This document shows positions 38,897-49,386 of a stretch of DNA of 64,000 bases, one piece after another (position 1 is the first letter of the stretch; the number at the start of each line of letters is the position of its first letter). The translations under genes and the position numbers were made by a program. The notes under the pieces were generated by a model. It ran no database searches. It was given only the letters and a program-made list of their open reading frames with translations, and was not told where the DNA came from. The stretch is from Candidatus Obscuribacteraceae bacterium (GTDB lineage: Bacteria > Cyanobacteriota > Vampirovibrionia > Obscuribacterales > Obscuribacteraceae), in NCBI GenBank assembly GCA_044229845.1, contig JBGASG010000003.1, positions 1 through 64,000 of the forward strand. Direction: 5' to 3'.

Positions 38897-39065
38897 AATT
38901 CCAGGGCACCACAAGTGGTGCGGACCTTCTTCAGAAGCCGTCGGCCGCGCACAAACGCCGTTTGTATATGCGCCCCATATCATGCCGATCAACTCGACAC
39001 AACGTTCTCAAGCCAAGATAATTCTGCGCGGCGTGTCTTGACTCGACGGGAGCGAAATAGGATTG

Positions 39066-39683
39066 ATGATGAATTTCAACATCACCGGCACATACGATTT
39101 GGATAGCACAGACACGATGTATTCATTGCCGCCGGACAAGCGGTCGGTGCCGAGTCTGCCACCAGTGCCTCAACAGCACTTCGCCTCCAACTCAGAGCTG
39201 CTCGCTGCCGCTCTGGAAGAGTCCGCACCCGAGCTTCCCGTCCTGGACGAACTGCAGCGCCTCACTACTACATCGCATTCGTCCGGGCAGGAAATACGTC
39301 GCGACGATCTGGCTAAGATTCTGGAAGGCTTCGCCCGCGTTTTGCGCGGTGATGCCGGCACCTTGGATCTAGTCAACGAGCAAGTCAGCGGCGAATTGTC
39401 CTCAATGAAACACCTTCTGGTGGAAGCACAGGAAACGATCATTCAATTGCTCAACGATCGTGTCTACGATCGCGCGAAAATCGCCCGACTGGAAGCAGAA
39501 AATCGCTTGCTTCCCGACCTCCAAGCTCAAGCTTCGCGCGCCATGGGATTGGCCGTGCAGTCTGAAGATTTCGCCAAAGAGCTGAACAACGTGCGGACAG
39601 AACTCGAGCGTCTGCGCAGCCTGACCATCAAAGATAATCAACAAGAGAATCGTTCGTTCCTGGCGAAGCTACTCAATCGCTAA
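39066..39683 (+). CDS. Hypothetical coiled-coil protein
   Basis: Heptad-rich C-terminal half ending SFLAKLLNR. Confidence 0.65.
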   Translation: MMNFNITGTYDLDSTDTMYSLPPDKRSVPSLPPVPQQHFASNSELLAAALEESAPELPVLDELQRLTTTSHSSGQEIRRDDLAKILEGFARVLRGDAGTLDLVNEQVSGELSSMKHLLVEAQETIIQLLNDRVYDRAKIARLEAENRLLPDLQAQASRAMGLAVQSEDFAKELNNVRTELERLRSLTIKDNQQENRSFLAKLLNR

Positions 39684-39708
39684 GCGATCCACACATTTCT
39701 CTTTTCTT

Positions 39709-40080
39709 CTAAAGGCGCGGAATCAGCAGTAGCAATAGTGCTGACAACGACAATGCCATGACGAGCATGCCGATCCAGATTGCATTGGCCAGGCGCTTGC
39801 CTCGAAAGCGACGAAAGCGCTGAGAAATAGTTCGCACTCGTCTCTGGATTTGGGGACGGTCAACACGAATCCCGGTTCGTTCCAGCAATGGCAAAGCTTG
39901 TTCAAGACGCGCCAGAACGACCTCCATGCGGTCTTGCATTCGCTCAGCCGGCTGCTCCACTCTCGGAGCAGTCATACGGCTGCCGCAAAACAAACAAAAT
40001 TTGGCGTTCAATTTATCGGAGCGTCCGCAAAACAAACACGTCTTGCTATCGCGAGCAACGATTACGGCAGTGTCCACCAT
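39709..40080 (-). CDS. Zinc-ribbon protein with a C-terminal TM helix
   Basis: CLFCG...AKFCLFCG; hydrophobic C-terminus; AAGGA upstream of the ATG at 40080. Confidence 0.65.
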   Translation of the reverse strand: MVDTAVIVARDSKTCLFCGRSDKLNAKFCLFCGSRMTAPRVEQPAERMQDRMEVVLARLEQALPLLERTGIRVDRPQIQRRVRTISQRFRRFRGKRLANAIWIGMLVMALSLSALLLLLIPRL

Positions 40081-40264
40081 GGAAATTCCGTCCTTATTGT
40101 TTGGTGTGCGTCCAGTCATCTCGGGAGAGCGTGCCAAAAGGCGCCGCTTACTAGTCGGCTTCCTTACGGATAGACGCCGACAAATAACGGTTGAGCCTTC
40201 AGGATTATTAACTCCGGCTAATCAGCACTGAGCGGGTGAATCAGTGTCACCAGTAGCCAAGGGA

Positions 40265-40320
40265 CCAGCACTGAAGTGATATCACTCTAGTGTTGGCACG
40301 AAACTACCAAGTGATATCGG
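40265..40320. repeat. Two GTGATATC-core palindromic repeats 35 bp apart
   Basis: Cores at 40276 (CCAGCACTGAAGTGATATCACTCTAGTGTTGG) and 40311 (degenerate GTGATATCGG). Confidence 0.8.
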
Positions 40321-40332
40321 TTTAGAAAGAGA

Positions 40333-40363
40333 AACTGCCGGCGGATGGAAGGAGCCGGCAGTT
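40333..40363 (-). terminator. Hairpin, probable terminator of the small minus-strand ORF
   Basis: AACTGCCGGC-N11-GCCGGCAGTT followed by TCTCTTTC on the minus strand. Confidence 0.5.
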
Positions 40364-40414
40364 CAGGAGTTCAGACGAAAAACTTAGAGAGTGGACGAAA
40401 CGGACAGGCATCCA

Positions 40415-40519
40415 TCATGAAGCGAGCAGAAGTGCAACGTACATCGCTGTTGAAGCCAGCACGGCGGAGATCGCCAGCGCATCGAGTAATCGTTGGTTTT
40501 GCCACAGTTTCATAGTCAT
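40415..40519 (-). CDS. Small 34-aa hydrophobic membrane peptide (not in the ORF track)
   Basis: Translated by hand as MTMKLWQNQRLLDALAISAVLASTAMYVALLLAS*; GAGGG RBS 7 nt upstream; hairpin downstream. Confidence 0.5.
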   Translation of the reverse strand: MTMKLWQNQRLLDALAISAVLASTAMYVALLLAS

Positions 40520-40685
40520 TTTCGATCCCTCTTTCGCATATCCATCTGGTGTACTAACTGCGAGGGAGGGGCATTTAGGATGTCAGCAGAATACAATTTT
40601 TGCTCACGCTCAAGTTCGCGAGGAAGTGCTTGCAGTGCAAGACTCGGACGGAAAATCCTGCGTCGATCGAATGCATCGAATCAAG

Positions 40686-40814
40686 ATGCACAAGGAAGTA
40701 ACCGTTAAAGAAGACGGTCGATTGCTTGTCTATTACACATTTGGGTCCACGGCTGCCGAAACCTCTGCGGCAGATAAAGGAAACGGCAAGACGGATAAGG
40801 AGACTTCGCTTTGA
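40686..40814 (+). CDS. Small 42-aa ORF coupled to galT
   Basis: MHKEVTVKEDGRLLVYYTF...; its TGA overlaps the galT ATG (TGATG). Confidence 0.5.
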   Translation: MHKEVTVKEDGRLLVYYTFGSTAAETSAADKGNGKTDKETSL

Positions 40815-41833
40815 TGCGTTGGAATCCAGTCATGGCGGAGTGGGTAGTTACCGCTACGCACCGGCAGGACCGGACGTTTCTTCCACCGGCCGATTATTGC
40901 CCGCTGTGCCCGACAGCAGAGGGTGGGTTTCCCACGGAAGTGCCGCGCAGCAAATACGACTTCGTGGTCTTCGAAAACAAGTTTCCCAGTTTGATGAAAA
41001 CCGCAGGCGAACCTGCAGTCGCCGGCACTGACCTGTTTCCTGTCCAACCCAGCCTGGGCGTCTGCGAAGTTGTTTTGTATTCGTCGGACCACAAAAGTAC
41101 ATTGACCGACATGCCGGTGGAAAAACTGGCGCAACTGATCAAAGTTTGGCGCGATCGCTATGAACAGCTGGGTGCCCACGATGAAATTCGCTACGTTTTT
41201 ATCTTCGAGAACAAGGGCGAAGCGATTGGAGTAACAATCCATCATCCGCATGGGCAGATTTACGCTTTCTCTCACATGCCTCCTCGCATCGAACGAGAAC
41301 TGCAAAGCGAGGCGCGCCATTTCGCAGCTACCAAGCGATGCCTGCACTGCGACATAATCAAGGAAGAGAGGAGCGATGGACGGCGCGTGTTTGTGGAGAA
41401 CGATGGTTTTGTGGCTTTGATTCCGTTCTACGCGCGATATCCGTACGAAACGCATGTCTATGCGAAAAATCATATTCCATCGCTGGCGGACTTCTCTGAA
41501 GAGAATGAATTCCAGCTGGCACAGTTACTGCATGTCGTATTGAATAAGTTTGACCACTTATTTGGATTCTCGCTGCCGTACATGATGGTGATGCACCAGC
41601 GACCGACCGACGGCGATCACAATGATTATCCGGGCAGTCATTTTCATATCGAGTTTTATCCACCAAATCGGACCGCCGAGAAATTGAAGTTTCTTGCCGG
41701 ATGCGAATCTGGAGCAGGAACCTTCGTAAACGACACGCTGCCCGAAGAGAAGGCGGCCGAATTGCGCGCCGTCAAACCAAACCTGGAGGACTTTAGTCAT
41801 GGACCGATCGCATCTGGTGACGTCGGCATTTAG
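40814..41833 (+). CDS. galT: Galactose-1-phosphate uridylyltransferase
   Basis: RWNP...EWV, RQDR, CPLCP, FENKFP, FENKG, HHPHGQ (HPH nucleophile motif). Confidence 0.95.
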   Translation: MRWNPVMAEWVVTATHRQDRTFLPPADYCPLCPTAEGGFPTEVPRSKYDFVVFENKFPSLMKTAGEPAVAGTDLFPVQPSLGVCEVVLYSSDHKSTLTDMPVEKLAQLIKVWRDRYEQLGAHDEIRYVFIFENKGEAIGVTIHHPHGQIYAFSHMPPRIERELQSEARHFAATKRCLHCDIIKEERSDGRRVFVENDGFVALIPFYARYPYETHVYAKNHIPSLADFSEENEFQLAQLLHVVLNKFDHLFGFSLPYMMVMHQRPTDGDHNDYPGSHFHIEFYPPNRTAEKLKFLAGCESGAGTFVNDTLPEEKAAELRAVKPNLEDFSHGPIASGDVGI

Positions 41834-42915
41834 AGAGAAGTTCGGCAGCGAGCCTCGCGTCGTTGTTCGGGCGCCCGGGCGCGTCAATCTGATCGGCGAA
41901 CACACCGATTACAATGAAGGCTTCGTCTTCCCGACCGCAATCGATCGCGACATGATCATTGCAGCGTCGCCAAAGCCCAAACCAGCCGATCCCGAAAACG
42001 AAGTCGAGGATCGGGAGGTCGTGGTCTATTCGCTGGAATATCGGCAAGAAGACCGTTTTTCACTCGACGTGCTGGAAAAGTCCGCGGACCATCCGTGGAT
42101 CAATTATTTGCGCGTACAGCGTGGCTACAGCGCTGATGCAACGCGAGATGTGTGGATTCTCGCTGCCCGGAAAAGAATTGGCGCTGCTGGCTCAAAAAGC
42201 TGAGAACGAATTTGTCGGCGTCAAATGCGGCATCATGGATCCGTTCATTTCCGCGCTTGGAGAAAAGGACGCGGCACTGCTCCTCGACTGCCGCAGTTTG
42301 AACTATCGAATCATTCCCCTGCCTCTGAAAAAGGAAGGCGTCAGCATCGTGATCACCAATTCCGGCGTGCAACGCGGATTGGTCGACAGCGAATACAATG
42401 CCCGCCGTCAGCAATGCCAGGAAGGGGTCGAACTCCTCAAGAAAGCCAGCGGCTTCGATGACATCGCCACTTTGCGCGATGTGGTCATGTCCGAACTGGA
42501 GGAATTCGGCAGCACACTGCCACCGGTTATCCTGAAACGTTGCCGCCATGTCATAAGCGAAAACGAACGCTGCATTCGCGCCACTGAAGCGCTCGAACGC
42601 GGCGACCTGCGCGCTTTCGGGAGATTGATGAATGACTCCCATCGATCGCTTCAACAAGACTTTCAGGTCAGTTGTACCGAGCTGGATGTGCTCGTTGAAT
42701 TGACTCAGAATCACACCGGCGTACTGGGCTCGCGCATGACCGGCGCCGGCTTCGGCGGCTGCAGTGTCACACTTATGCAAACGAACGCCGTGGAAACCTT
42801 CCAGAACCAGGTCATTCCTGCTTATGAATCACATACGGGCAAAAAGGCCGAGGTCTATGTGTGCAATTCAGTGAGCGGCGCCGGCTTAGTCAATGCACCG
42901 GCGGTCGCCTCCTGA
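41799..42915 (+). pseudogene. galK: Galactokinase interrupted by an internal deletion and frameshift near 42112
   Basis: N-terminal part has [15 protein letters not shown]; the C-terminal part, in another frame, has [14 protein letters not shown] and GSRMTGAGFGG; the GHMP ATP-binding motif PxGxGLSSSA is absent. Confidence 0.85.
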
Positions 42916-42988
42916 GGCACAACCCGGCTAAGGAACACCTGCAACAGCTGAACCGTCATGCACCTGAGATTAAATCGAGGGGCATAAA

Positions 42989-43447
42989 GTGTTCTGGCAA
43001 AGGCATTTCGACATAACGCTGCTATTGGCGGCAATAGCCATGATGTCCCTGCAGGCGCCCGTTCGTCCGCCGGAACTTTATCAAACCAGCGAACGCAGCC
43101 TGGGTGCCATTGTGGAGCCCTCTCCGCCCTCTGTGGGAACAATAGAGGTGCCTCGCATGTTCGTCTCGCCGCCAGCGCTATCAATTGAATCGCGACTGCT
43201 GCAAATGGCTCCACTGGCAGCAAGCGTGGCGCTCGGAGCTACCGAGAGCGAACAAGCATCGAATAACTTCGACAACCTATCAACGTGGGGAACTGTCGCG
43301 GACAGTCAATCAGACTCCAGCTCCAAAAAAGTAGCTGAATACGGTTGCGAGACTGATCGGTTGCAAAATAAAGCCATGACGCGACCCGAGGTGGCGGAAA
43401 GACCAGCCCAGCCTCAGGAAATCGCTACACCGCTGTACGCGATCTAA
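42989..43447 (+). CDS. Hypothetical protein with an N-terminal hydrophobic segment
   Basis: GTG start after GAGGGG; 152 aa; no motif recognised. Confidence 0.4.
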   Translation: MFWQRHFDITLLLAAIAMMSLQAPVRPPELYQTSERSLGAIVEPSPPSVGTIEVPRMFVSPPALSIESRLLQMAPLAASVALGATESEQASNNFDNLSTWGTVADSQSDSSSKKVAEYGCETDRLQNKAMTRPEVAERPAQPQEIATPLYAI

Positions 43448-43456
43448 CCTATGCTT

Positions 43457-43657
43457 TTACTTACCGGAACGCGCCTTTACGACTTGCCGTTCTTCGGTTT
43501 TGGTTTCGACTTGTTTGCGCCGCTTCTCAAGCTGCGCTGGAGAGAATGGAAAAGAACACCATCCGGCTCCGTTAGTCGGACAAAGAGCTAGAGCCGAAAC
43601 TTTTTTTGTCGTGGGTTTCCGGGTTGAGCGATCTGTTTTCGTAGACTTAGTGCCCAT
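43457..43657 (-). CDS. Small basic protein with a CPTNGAGWC motif
   Basis: AGGGAG RBS before the ATG at 43657; 66 aa; Lys/Arg-rich. Confidence 0.6.
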   Translation of the reverse strand: MGTKSTKTDRSTRKPTTKKVSALALCPTNGAGWCSFPFSPAQLEKRRKQVETKTEERQVVKARSGK

Positions 43658-43881
43658 GAGCCTCTCCCTCTGACCTACCCCTGTTTTACCACCAACTACC
43701 GCATCTGGCGAGCGTTTTACGGGAAATTTAATACTAAACCGGCTTATTTCGCCCCTCTTCGCGGGATAATTAATGTTGGCAACTGCCACCACCAACGGTG
43801 TCGCGTTGCCAATCTTGCAAGCAACTTATCTCTGCATCAAAATAGTCGCCAATCAGATTGTTACGCAGTCGCCGGTAACTA

Positions 43882-44271
43882 ATGACAATTCGAATTTTGG
43901 TACTGAGCAATAACAAAGACATTCTCGAGTCTGTAAAAGAGGAGTTGTCGCCACTCGGCCATAACGTGATCACCTGCACCAGCAGCGCCCTGGCGATGTT
44001 TCTCTCAAACAAAAGTTTTCCATCGGTCGTGATCGCCGATCAGGCGACGGACAGCAGTGCAAAAGAGTTTATCGCGCAACTCAAATCAGACGATCAGCTG
44101 AGCTCGATTCCCGTGGTCGTCCTTTCAGAACCAGGGGATCCAACTAACTGGCACTCGCTGGGAGCCGCCGGCTGCGTGATCAAACCGATAAAATCAGGCG
44201 TTCTCGCCTATGAACTAGCACCATTTTTACGCGAAGTGAAGGACAGCCGTAGCGCAGAAACGCCCGAGTAG
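43882..44271 (+). CDS. Single-domain response regulator, atypical receiver
   Basis: Receiver-fold pattern ILVL...VVIAD...IPVVVLS...GAAGCVIKP; the acidic pocket DD is replaced by SN. Confidence 0.75.
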   Translation: MTIRILVLSNNKDILESVKEELSPLGHNVITCTSSALAMFLSNKSFPSVVIADQATDSSAKEFIAQLKSDDQLSSIPVVVLSEPGDPTNWHSLGAAGCVIKPIKSGVLAYELAPFLREVKDSRSAETPE

Positions 44272-44432
44272 TGCACTTTAAGTAGGACAGCTCTGCCGTT
44301 TGGCATTTGCGCGGCCTGCAAATCTCTGAATATAATCAATCTCTAGTTGCCAGGTCGGGCAGGTGGTCCGACTCGTTTGTCTGCGCTCTCGTGCAGACCC
44401 GCTTTGCCGCACCCGCATGTGAGGGAATCTCG

Positions 44433-45539
44433 ATGAAAAATGCCGTCGTCGTCGTCGCATCCTTGCTCGCACTATTTTCTGCGGCTACGCCGGAGTCCCA
44501 GTCGAGATCCACCAGCAAGCGCTCTCCTCGCGTAAAGAGTCAGGCAGCCAAAACTCACGCTTCGCAAAAGAAGGTGGTGACTCGCGTCGCCTCAGCAGCA
44601 GTCGGTCGGTCCAATAAAAAGGGTGTCTGGACACGCAAGCCGTCGCGCACAGCGATCAAAACCATCGCCAAAGTGAAGGCGCGCGGCAGCGGTCAAGCTG
44701 TCGTCGCGCAAGCAGTTGTTCGTCCAAGTCCATACTCGTACACGGCTCCCTGGAACCAGGTCGCCAGAATGACTCATAAAGAATCGAACCGCATACGTCA
44801 GGATTTCGCTGCCGGAAAGGCGGCGCAATACACTCCGCAGCAACTGGCCAAAGCCGGACTGCTCACCAAAAAGTCTTTATGGGGCGGCATTTTCGAGCGA
44901 GCAGAGCCGATCAAGTACATCGTCATGCATTCCACTGAGACTGCACGCCCGGCTTCAGCGCCGCAAATCATCCAGAGCTGGAATAATCGCGGCTTGCGCC
45001 ATCCAGGAACCCCCTTCATGGTAGACCGCGACGGCAAAATCTATGTGACTGTCGATCCCAATTACGGAACCGTTCATATCGAACCCACCAGAGCCAAGTG
45101 GGGAGTAACGAATTCCAACAGCATCGGCATCGAAATGGTCCACACGGGCAAACAGAAATACACCAAGAAACAAATGGCGTCAGTCAGCCGGCTGGTTGCC
45201 TATCTCCAGAAACGTTATTCGGTCAGCGGCGATCGCATCTATTCACATGGGTTCGTACAGCCGAGCGATCGAACCGATCCGGTCGGCTTTGATTGGGCGG
45301 CGTTCAATATTGCCAAGGCTAATCTGGGTCAGACTGTCATGGTGGCAGCAGCACCTGACACTACTGAACAACGCGACAATAAGCCGGCGAACGGAGTTCA
45401 GCAGTACGGCTGGCTGAAGGCCGCCGCGTTTGCGACCACCATGCCCAAGCCCGCGCCAGCGTTCAGACCGGCGTTGTTTGCCCTGAGCGGACACGCGGTG
45501 CCGATGGCTCCGGATCTGGTTCGCAAACTGGCTAACTGA
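44433..45539 (+). CDS. N-acetylmuramoyl-L-alanine amidase (Amidase_2 family) with a signal peptide and basic N-terminal extension
   Basis: YIVMHSTE, VDRDGKIY, NSNSIGIEMV, IYSHG, RTDP. Confidence 0.88.
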   Translation: MKNAVVVVASLLALFSAATPESQSRSTSKRSPRVKSQAAKTHASQKKVVTRVASAAVGRSNKKGVWTRKPSRTAIKTIAKVKARGSGQAVVAQAVVRPSPYSYTAPWNQVARMTHKESNRIRQDFAAGKAAQYTPQQLAKAGLLTKKSLWGGIFERAEPIKYIVMHSTETARPASAPQIIQSWNNRGLRHPGTPFMVDRDGKIYVTVDPNYGTVHIEPTRAKWGVTNSNSIGIEMVHTGKQKYTKKQMASVSRLVAYLQKRYSVSGDRIYSHGFVQPSDRTDPVGFDWAAFNIAKANLGQTVMVAAAPDTTEQRDNKPANGVQQYGWLKAAAFATTMPKPAPAFRPALFALSGHAVPMAPDLVRKLAN

Positions 45540-47355
45540 GTTCTTCCAGCCGTTTATCTGTCTTTGCGGTGGCGAACACCTTCGGGTACATGCCGGCGGT
45601 CACTCGCAAGATTCCATCAGCCACCAGGTCATCGATGGCAGCCAGAAGTTTTTGCTCTGAGAAACCTCTCAGTGCACCGTATTCAGAATTCGCATCGAAA
45701 CCGTTGCTGAGAATTTTCTTTGAGCGCGAACCCATCAGTATGGCAGTCAATGATGTCCGTCCAACCTTGCCGGACAGACTCTTCGCAAGAGTCAAAATCG
45801 AGCGGTTCATCTGATCCTGATTGGCGACTCGTGACCGGGCACTGTAACTGGTGCGCGAGACTCCGCCATGATTGCTGCGCTTACCCCCTTCTTCAGGGAT
45901 GATACTGACGCACAATTCGAACTGATCCGGAGAACATACGTCGCAGCCCTGGCACTTATCCTGCAAGCGCTCGCCGAAGTAATAGAGAATTGCCTGCCGG
46001 CGGCACACACTCTGTTCCGCATAGCGAACCAGTGAATTGAGGCGTTCTTCGTCCCGGCGTCGCCGCTGCCAGAGCCGATCGAAATCCACCTCGGCAATGC
46101 GGTTTTCAGCCGGGCAGAAGATTGCACCACTATCGGACACTTTGATAACACCCGACGCCTTCAAATGATCGAGGGCGCTGTTAAGAGCGCTGTCCTCGAG
46201 ATCGATTTGCGCCAATATATCGCCCGTCGTCGCGCCGCGCTCCGGCAAGCGGCGCAACAAATTCATCAATGAGTGAAGTTGCTCGCTGCTGGGATAGTTT
46301 TTTCCGATCAACCATTTCTGGATAAATATGTCGCGCGGCTGATAGAGCAGCGTGCATGTAGCTGTCAATCCGTCGCGTCCGGCCCGTCCGGCTTGCTGGT
46401 AGTAATCTTCGAGAGAACTCGGCAAATTATAGTGAATGACGCGCCTGATGTTCGGTTTGTCGATGCCCATGCCAAAGGCGACGGTCCCCACAATGGCTTG
46501 CAATTCGTCCTGCTCGAAGCGGCGCTGCGTGCGCTGCCGCAATTCACCACCCAGCCCGGCATGGTAGCAAGCTGCTTTAATGCCGCCCTTAACCAGCACC
46601 TGTGCCAGGCGCTCCGCTTCCTTTTTGCTGCTTGTGTAAACAATCGCCGGCTGGTTGCTTTCGGCAATCGCAGCTTGCACGAAAGCGTCTTTGGCATGAC
46701 CGTTGGAGAGCCGCTGCACTTCAAACCGCAAGTTTGGTCGATCGAATCCGCCGGAAACAACGCGCATGTTCGGCAAGCCCAATGCCACTACAATGTCCTT
46801 TTGCACCATAGGGGTAGCGGTGGCTGTCAGGGCCAAAATTACAGTCTTGCGCAGCGCCGGCAGATGGCTGCCCAGATTGCGGTACTGAGGGCGGAAGTCG
46901 TGTCCCCACTGACTGATGCAATGCGCCTCGTCGATGACCAGCAAGGATATGTCGAGATTGGCGATCAGTTCGCGAAAACGAGGCGAATCAAATCTCTCCG
47001 GTGCCACATAGACAAGTTTATAGGCACCATTTCTGATACCATCGATTCGCTCCGTTATTTGGGTAAAACTGAGTGTGCTGTTGAGCACGGTGGCACTGGT
47101 GATACCACGGCGTTCCAATCCTGATACCTGGTCCTGCATCAAAGCGATCAGCGGCGAAATAACCAGCGTCACTCCGGAAAACATTTGACTGGGCAGCTGA
47201 TAGCAAAGCGATTTTCCATATCCGGTCGGCAGCAGCGCCAGCGCATTTTCACCGTTCAGGAGACACTCGATAATCTCCTTCTGCTTGGGTCGCAGATCTT
47301 GTAGACCAAACTGTTCGGAGAGAACTTGCTGGATAAGCGGGGATGTTATTTGCAT
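45532..47355 (-). CDS. recQ: RecQ-family ATP-dependent DNA helicase
   Basis: PTGYGKSLCYQLP, DEAHCISQWGHDFRP, LTATAT, AFGMGIDK, QQAGRAGRDG, CRR...C..CDVC zinc domain, RQC-like C-terminus. Confidence 0.93.
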   Translation of the reverse strand: MQITSPLIQQVLSEQFGLQDLRPKQKEIIECLLNGENALALLPTGYGKSLCYQLPSQMFSGVTLVISPLIALMQDQVSGLERRGITSATVLNSTLSFTQITERIDGIRNGAYKLVYVAPERFDSPRFRELIANLDISLLVIDEAHCISQWGHDFRPQYRNLGSHLPALRKTVILALTATATPMVQKDIVVALGLPNMRVVSGGFDRPNLRFEVQRLSNGHAKDAFVQAAIAESNQPAIVYTSSKKEAERLAQVLVKGGIKAACYHAGLGGELRQRTQRRFEQDELQAIVGTVAFGMGIDKPNIRRVIHYNLPSSLEDYYQQAGRAGRDGLTATCTLLYQPRDIFIQKWLIGKNYPSSEQLHSLMNLLRRLPERGATTGDILAQIDLEDSALNSALDHLKASGVIKVSDSGAIFCPAENRIAEVDFDRLWQRRRRDEERLNSLVRYAEQSVCRRQAILYYFGERLQDKCQGCDVCSPDQFELCVSIIPEEGGKRSNHGGVSRTSYSARSRVANQDQMNRSILTLAKSLSGKVGRTSLTAILMGSRSKKILSNGFDANSEYGALRGFSEQKLLAAIDDLVADGILRVTAGMYPKVFATAKTDKRLEELS

Positions 47356-47515
47356 GGCGATGGCTGATCACTGAATAAGATTCTTCCTAATAGCACGCAC
47401 AAAGGCGCCAAGGTCTGACGGACAGTTAACCTCGGCAATCCCTATATAGGATAGCTATAGCTTTTCATCCAAAACAATCCGGAAAGTACGCGTTTTAATC
47501 TTCTAAAATGCGACG

Positions 47516-48229
47516 ATGATCACTGCCATGGATCGCCGGCGTAATCCTGAATTGATGGACGATCCCGCGCTCGACGAGCGTGCGCATCTGCTTGCGCTGC
47601 GCGGACTGGAACGGCTGAACGCCGTCAGTGGAGCCGTACCTCAAATTTGGGCTGCCATTCGTCCGCTTTACGAAACTGCGCCCAGCGTATCTCTTCTAGA
47701 TATAGCGACCGGCGGCGGTGATGTACCGCTGTCGCTTGCCCGATTTGCCGCAAGCGAAGGTCGCACACTGCATGTGAGCGGCACAGACATCAGCCCGCGC
47801 GCTATCGCCATGTGCCGAAAACGCGCCTCTGACGCCGGTATAGACGCCCGGTTCTTCGAGTTCGACGCACTCAGCGATGAGTTGCCACAGGCGATAGAAC
47901 GGTTTGATGTGGTGACTGCTAACTTGTTCACACATCACATAGATCCGCCCGCAGTCATCGCGCTTCTCAAGCGCATGTCGGAATGCGCGAAGAAGCTGGT
48001 CATCGTTAACGACCTGGAACGCTCCTGGCTGAACTACGTACAAGTGATCGTCGCCACACGGTTGCTGTCGGCATCACCTGTGGTGCACTTCGATGGTCCG
48101 ACCTCGGTGCGCGCGGCCTACACCGTCTCGGAATTCAAAGAAATGGGTGAAGCGGCAGGATTGCGCGATTGTCGCGTTGAGAAACGCTTTCCCTGCCGGC
48201 TCCTTCTCACGTGGTCGCCCGATGAATAA
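47516..48229 (+). CDS. SAM-dependent methyltransferase associated with the type III PKS
   Basis: PELMDDP, LLDIATGGGD, LFTHH, NDLER, DGPTSVRAAY. Confidence 0.88.
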   Translation: MITAMDRRRNPELMDDPALDERAHLLALRGLERLNAVSGAVPQIWAAIRPLYETAPSVSLLDIATGGGDVPLSLARFAASEGRTLHVSGTDISPRAIAMCRKRASDAGIDARFFEFDALSDELPQAIERFDVVTANLFTHHIDPPAVIALLKRMSECAKKLVIVNDLERSWLNYVQVIVATRLLSASPVVHFDGPTSVRAAYTVSEFKEMGEAAGLRDCRVEKRFPCRLLLTWSPDE

Positions 48230-49382
48230 GAACTGGAATGTCGTCATCATCGGTGCCGGACCGGCGGGCAGCATGCTCGCTTGCGAATTGGCGAGCATAG
48301 GCGTCAGTGATATCCTGTTGCTCGATAAGGCGGTGTTTCCTCGCCAGAAAGTCTGCGGCTGCTGTTTGAATGCCGCCGCCCTGGATCAGCTGGAACAGGC
48401 CGGTTTGCTCGGACCAATGTCGTTATTAGATCACGGAGTGCCACTGCATAGTTTGCATGTGTACCTGTCAGGGCGGCGCGTGGCGATCAATTTACCGGCC
48501 GGACTGGCTATCTCTCGCGAGTCATTCGATCAACTGCTGGTACTGCAGGCGGTGCGACGGGGCGTGACGTTTCGGGACGGTTGTGCTGCCCGCGTGGGAA
48601 CACTGACAGATGGCTATCGGCTGGTTCACCTGGCAGCGGGAGATGATGCCAATTTACCAACGGCTGCGGAAACTTTGACTGCGCGCGTAGTCATCGCTGC
48701 CGATGGACTGGGAGGAACCAGCCTGCAGGGATTCTCCGAGTTTAGCCTGGATGTGTACCCTCACTCGAAGGTGGGCGTCGGAACCAGAGTTTCGGCAGTT
48801 CCGGCTGGATATATTCGAAACACTGTTTTTATGTCATGCGCAAATCATGGCTATGCAGGCATAGTTGCGCTTGAAGATGGCACCTGTGACGTGGCCGCGG
48901 CGCTGGATGTAGACCTATTGCGGGACGCAAACCATGATATTGGCGGCACGGTGCAAAAGATCATGCGCGAGGCGGGGCTGCCGATCATCGAAGCACTGAA
49001 TGAAACTCGTTGGCGAGGAACCCGTCCGCTGACCTGCAAACGAAAAGATGTCGCGTCTTGCCGCATCTTTGTCGTTGGAGACTCGGCCGCCTACGTGGAA
49101 CCATTTACCGGAGAAGGAATTGCCTGGGCGCTCGCCGGCGCACGTGCTCTGACACCGATTGTTCGCAAATGCGTGCGCGAGGGCTGGGATGATTTGTTGT
49201 CGGCGCAATGGCGATATATGCATCGCCGCATCGTACGTGACAGGCAGGCGACCAGCAAACTGGCCGCGTTTGCGCTTCGAAACACCCGCTCCGTCGGTGT
49301 TGTGTCACGGTTGCTGGAAGGCGCACCGTTCGTTTTGCACCCGCTGGTCGCTCGTGTTAATGCACCAATTGAGGTCAGATAA
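48222..49382 (+). CDS. FAD-dependent oxidoreductase (geranylgeranyl reductase-like)
   Basis: IIGAGPAG, FPRQKVCG, IAADG, GDSAAYVEPFTGEGI. Confidence 0.88.
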   Translation: MNKNWNVVIIGAGPAGSMLACELASIGVSDILLLDKAVFPRQKVCGCCLNAAALDQLEQAGLLGPMSLLDHGVPLHSLHVYLSGRRVAINLPAGLAISRESFDQLLVLQAVRRGVTFRDGCAARVGTLTDGYRLVHLAAGDDANLPTAAETLTARVVIAADGLGGTSLQGFSEFSLDVYPHSKVGVGTRVSAVPAGYIRNTVFMSCANHGYAGIVALEDGTCDVAAALDVDLLRDANHDIGGTVQKIMREAGLPIIEALNETRWRGTRPLTCKRKDVASCRIFVVGDSAAYVEPFTGEGIAWALAGARALTPIVRKCVREGWDDLLSAQWRYMHRRIVRDRQATSKLAAFALRNTRSVGVVSRLLEGAPFVLHPLVARVNAPIEVR

Positions 49383-49386
49383 CGCA

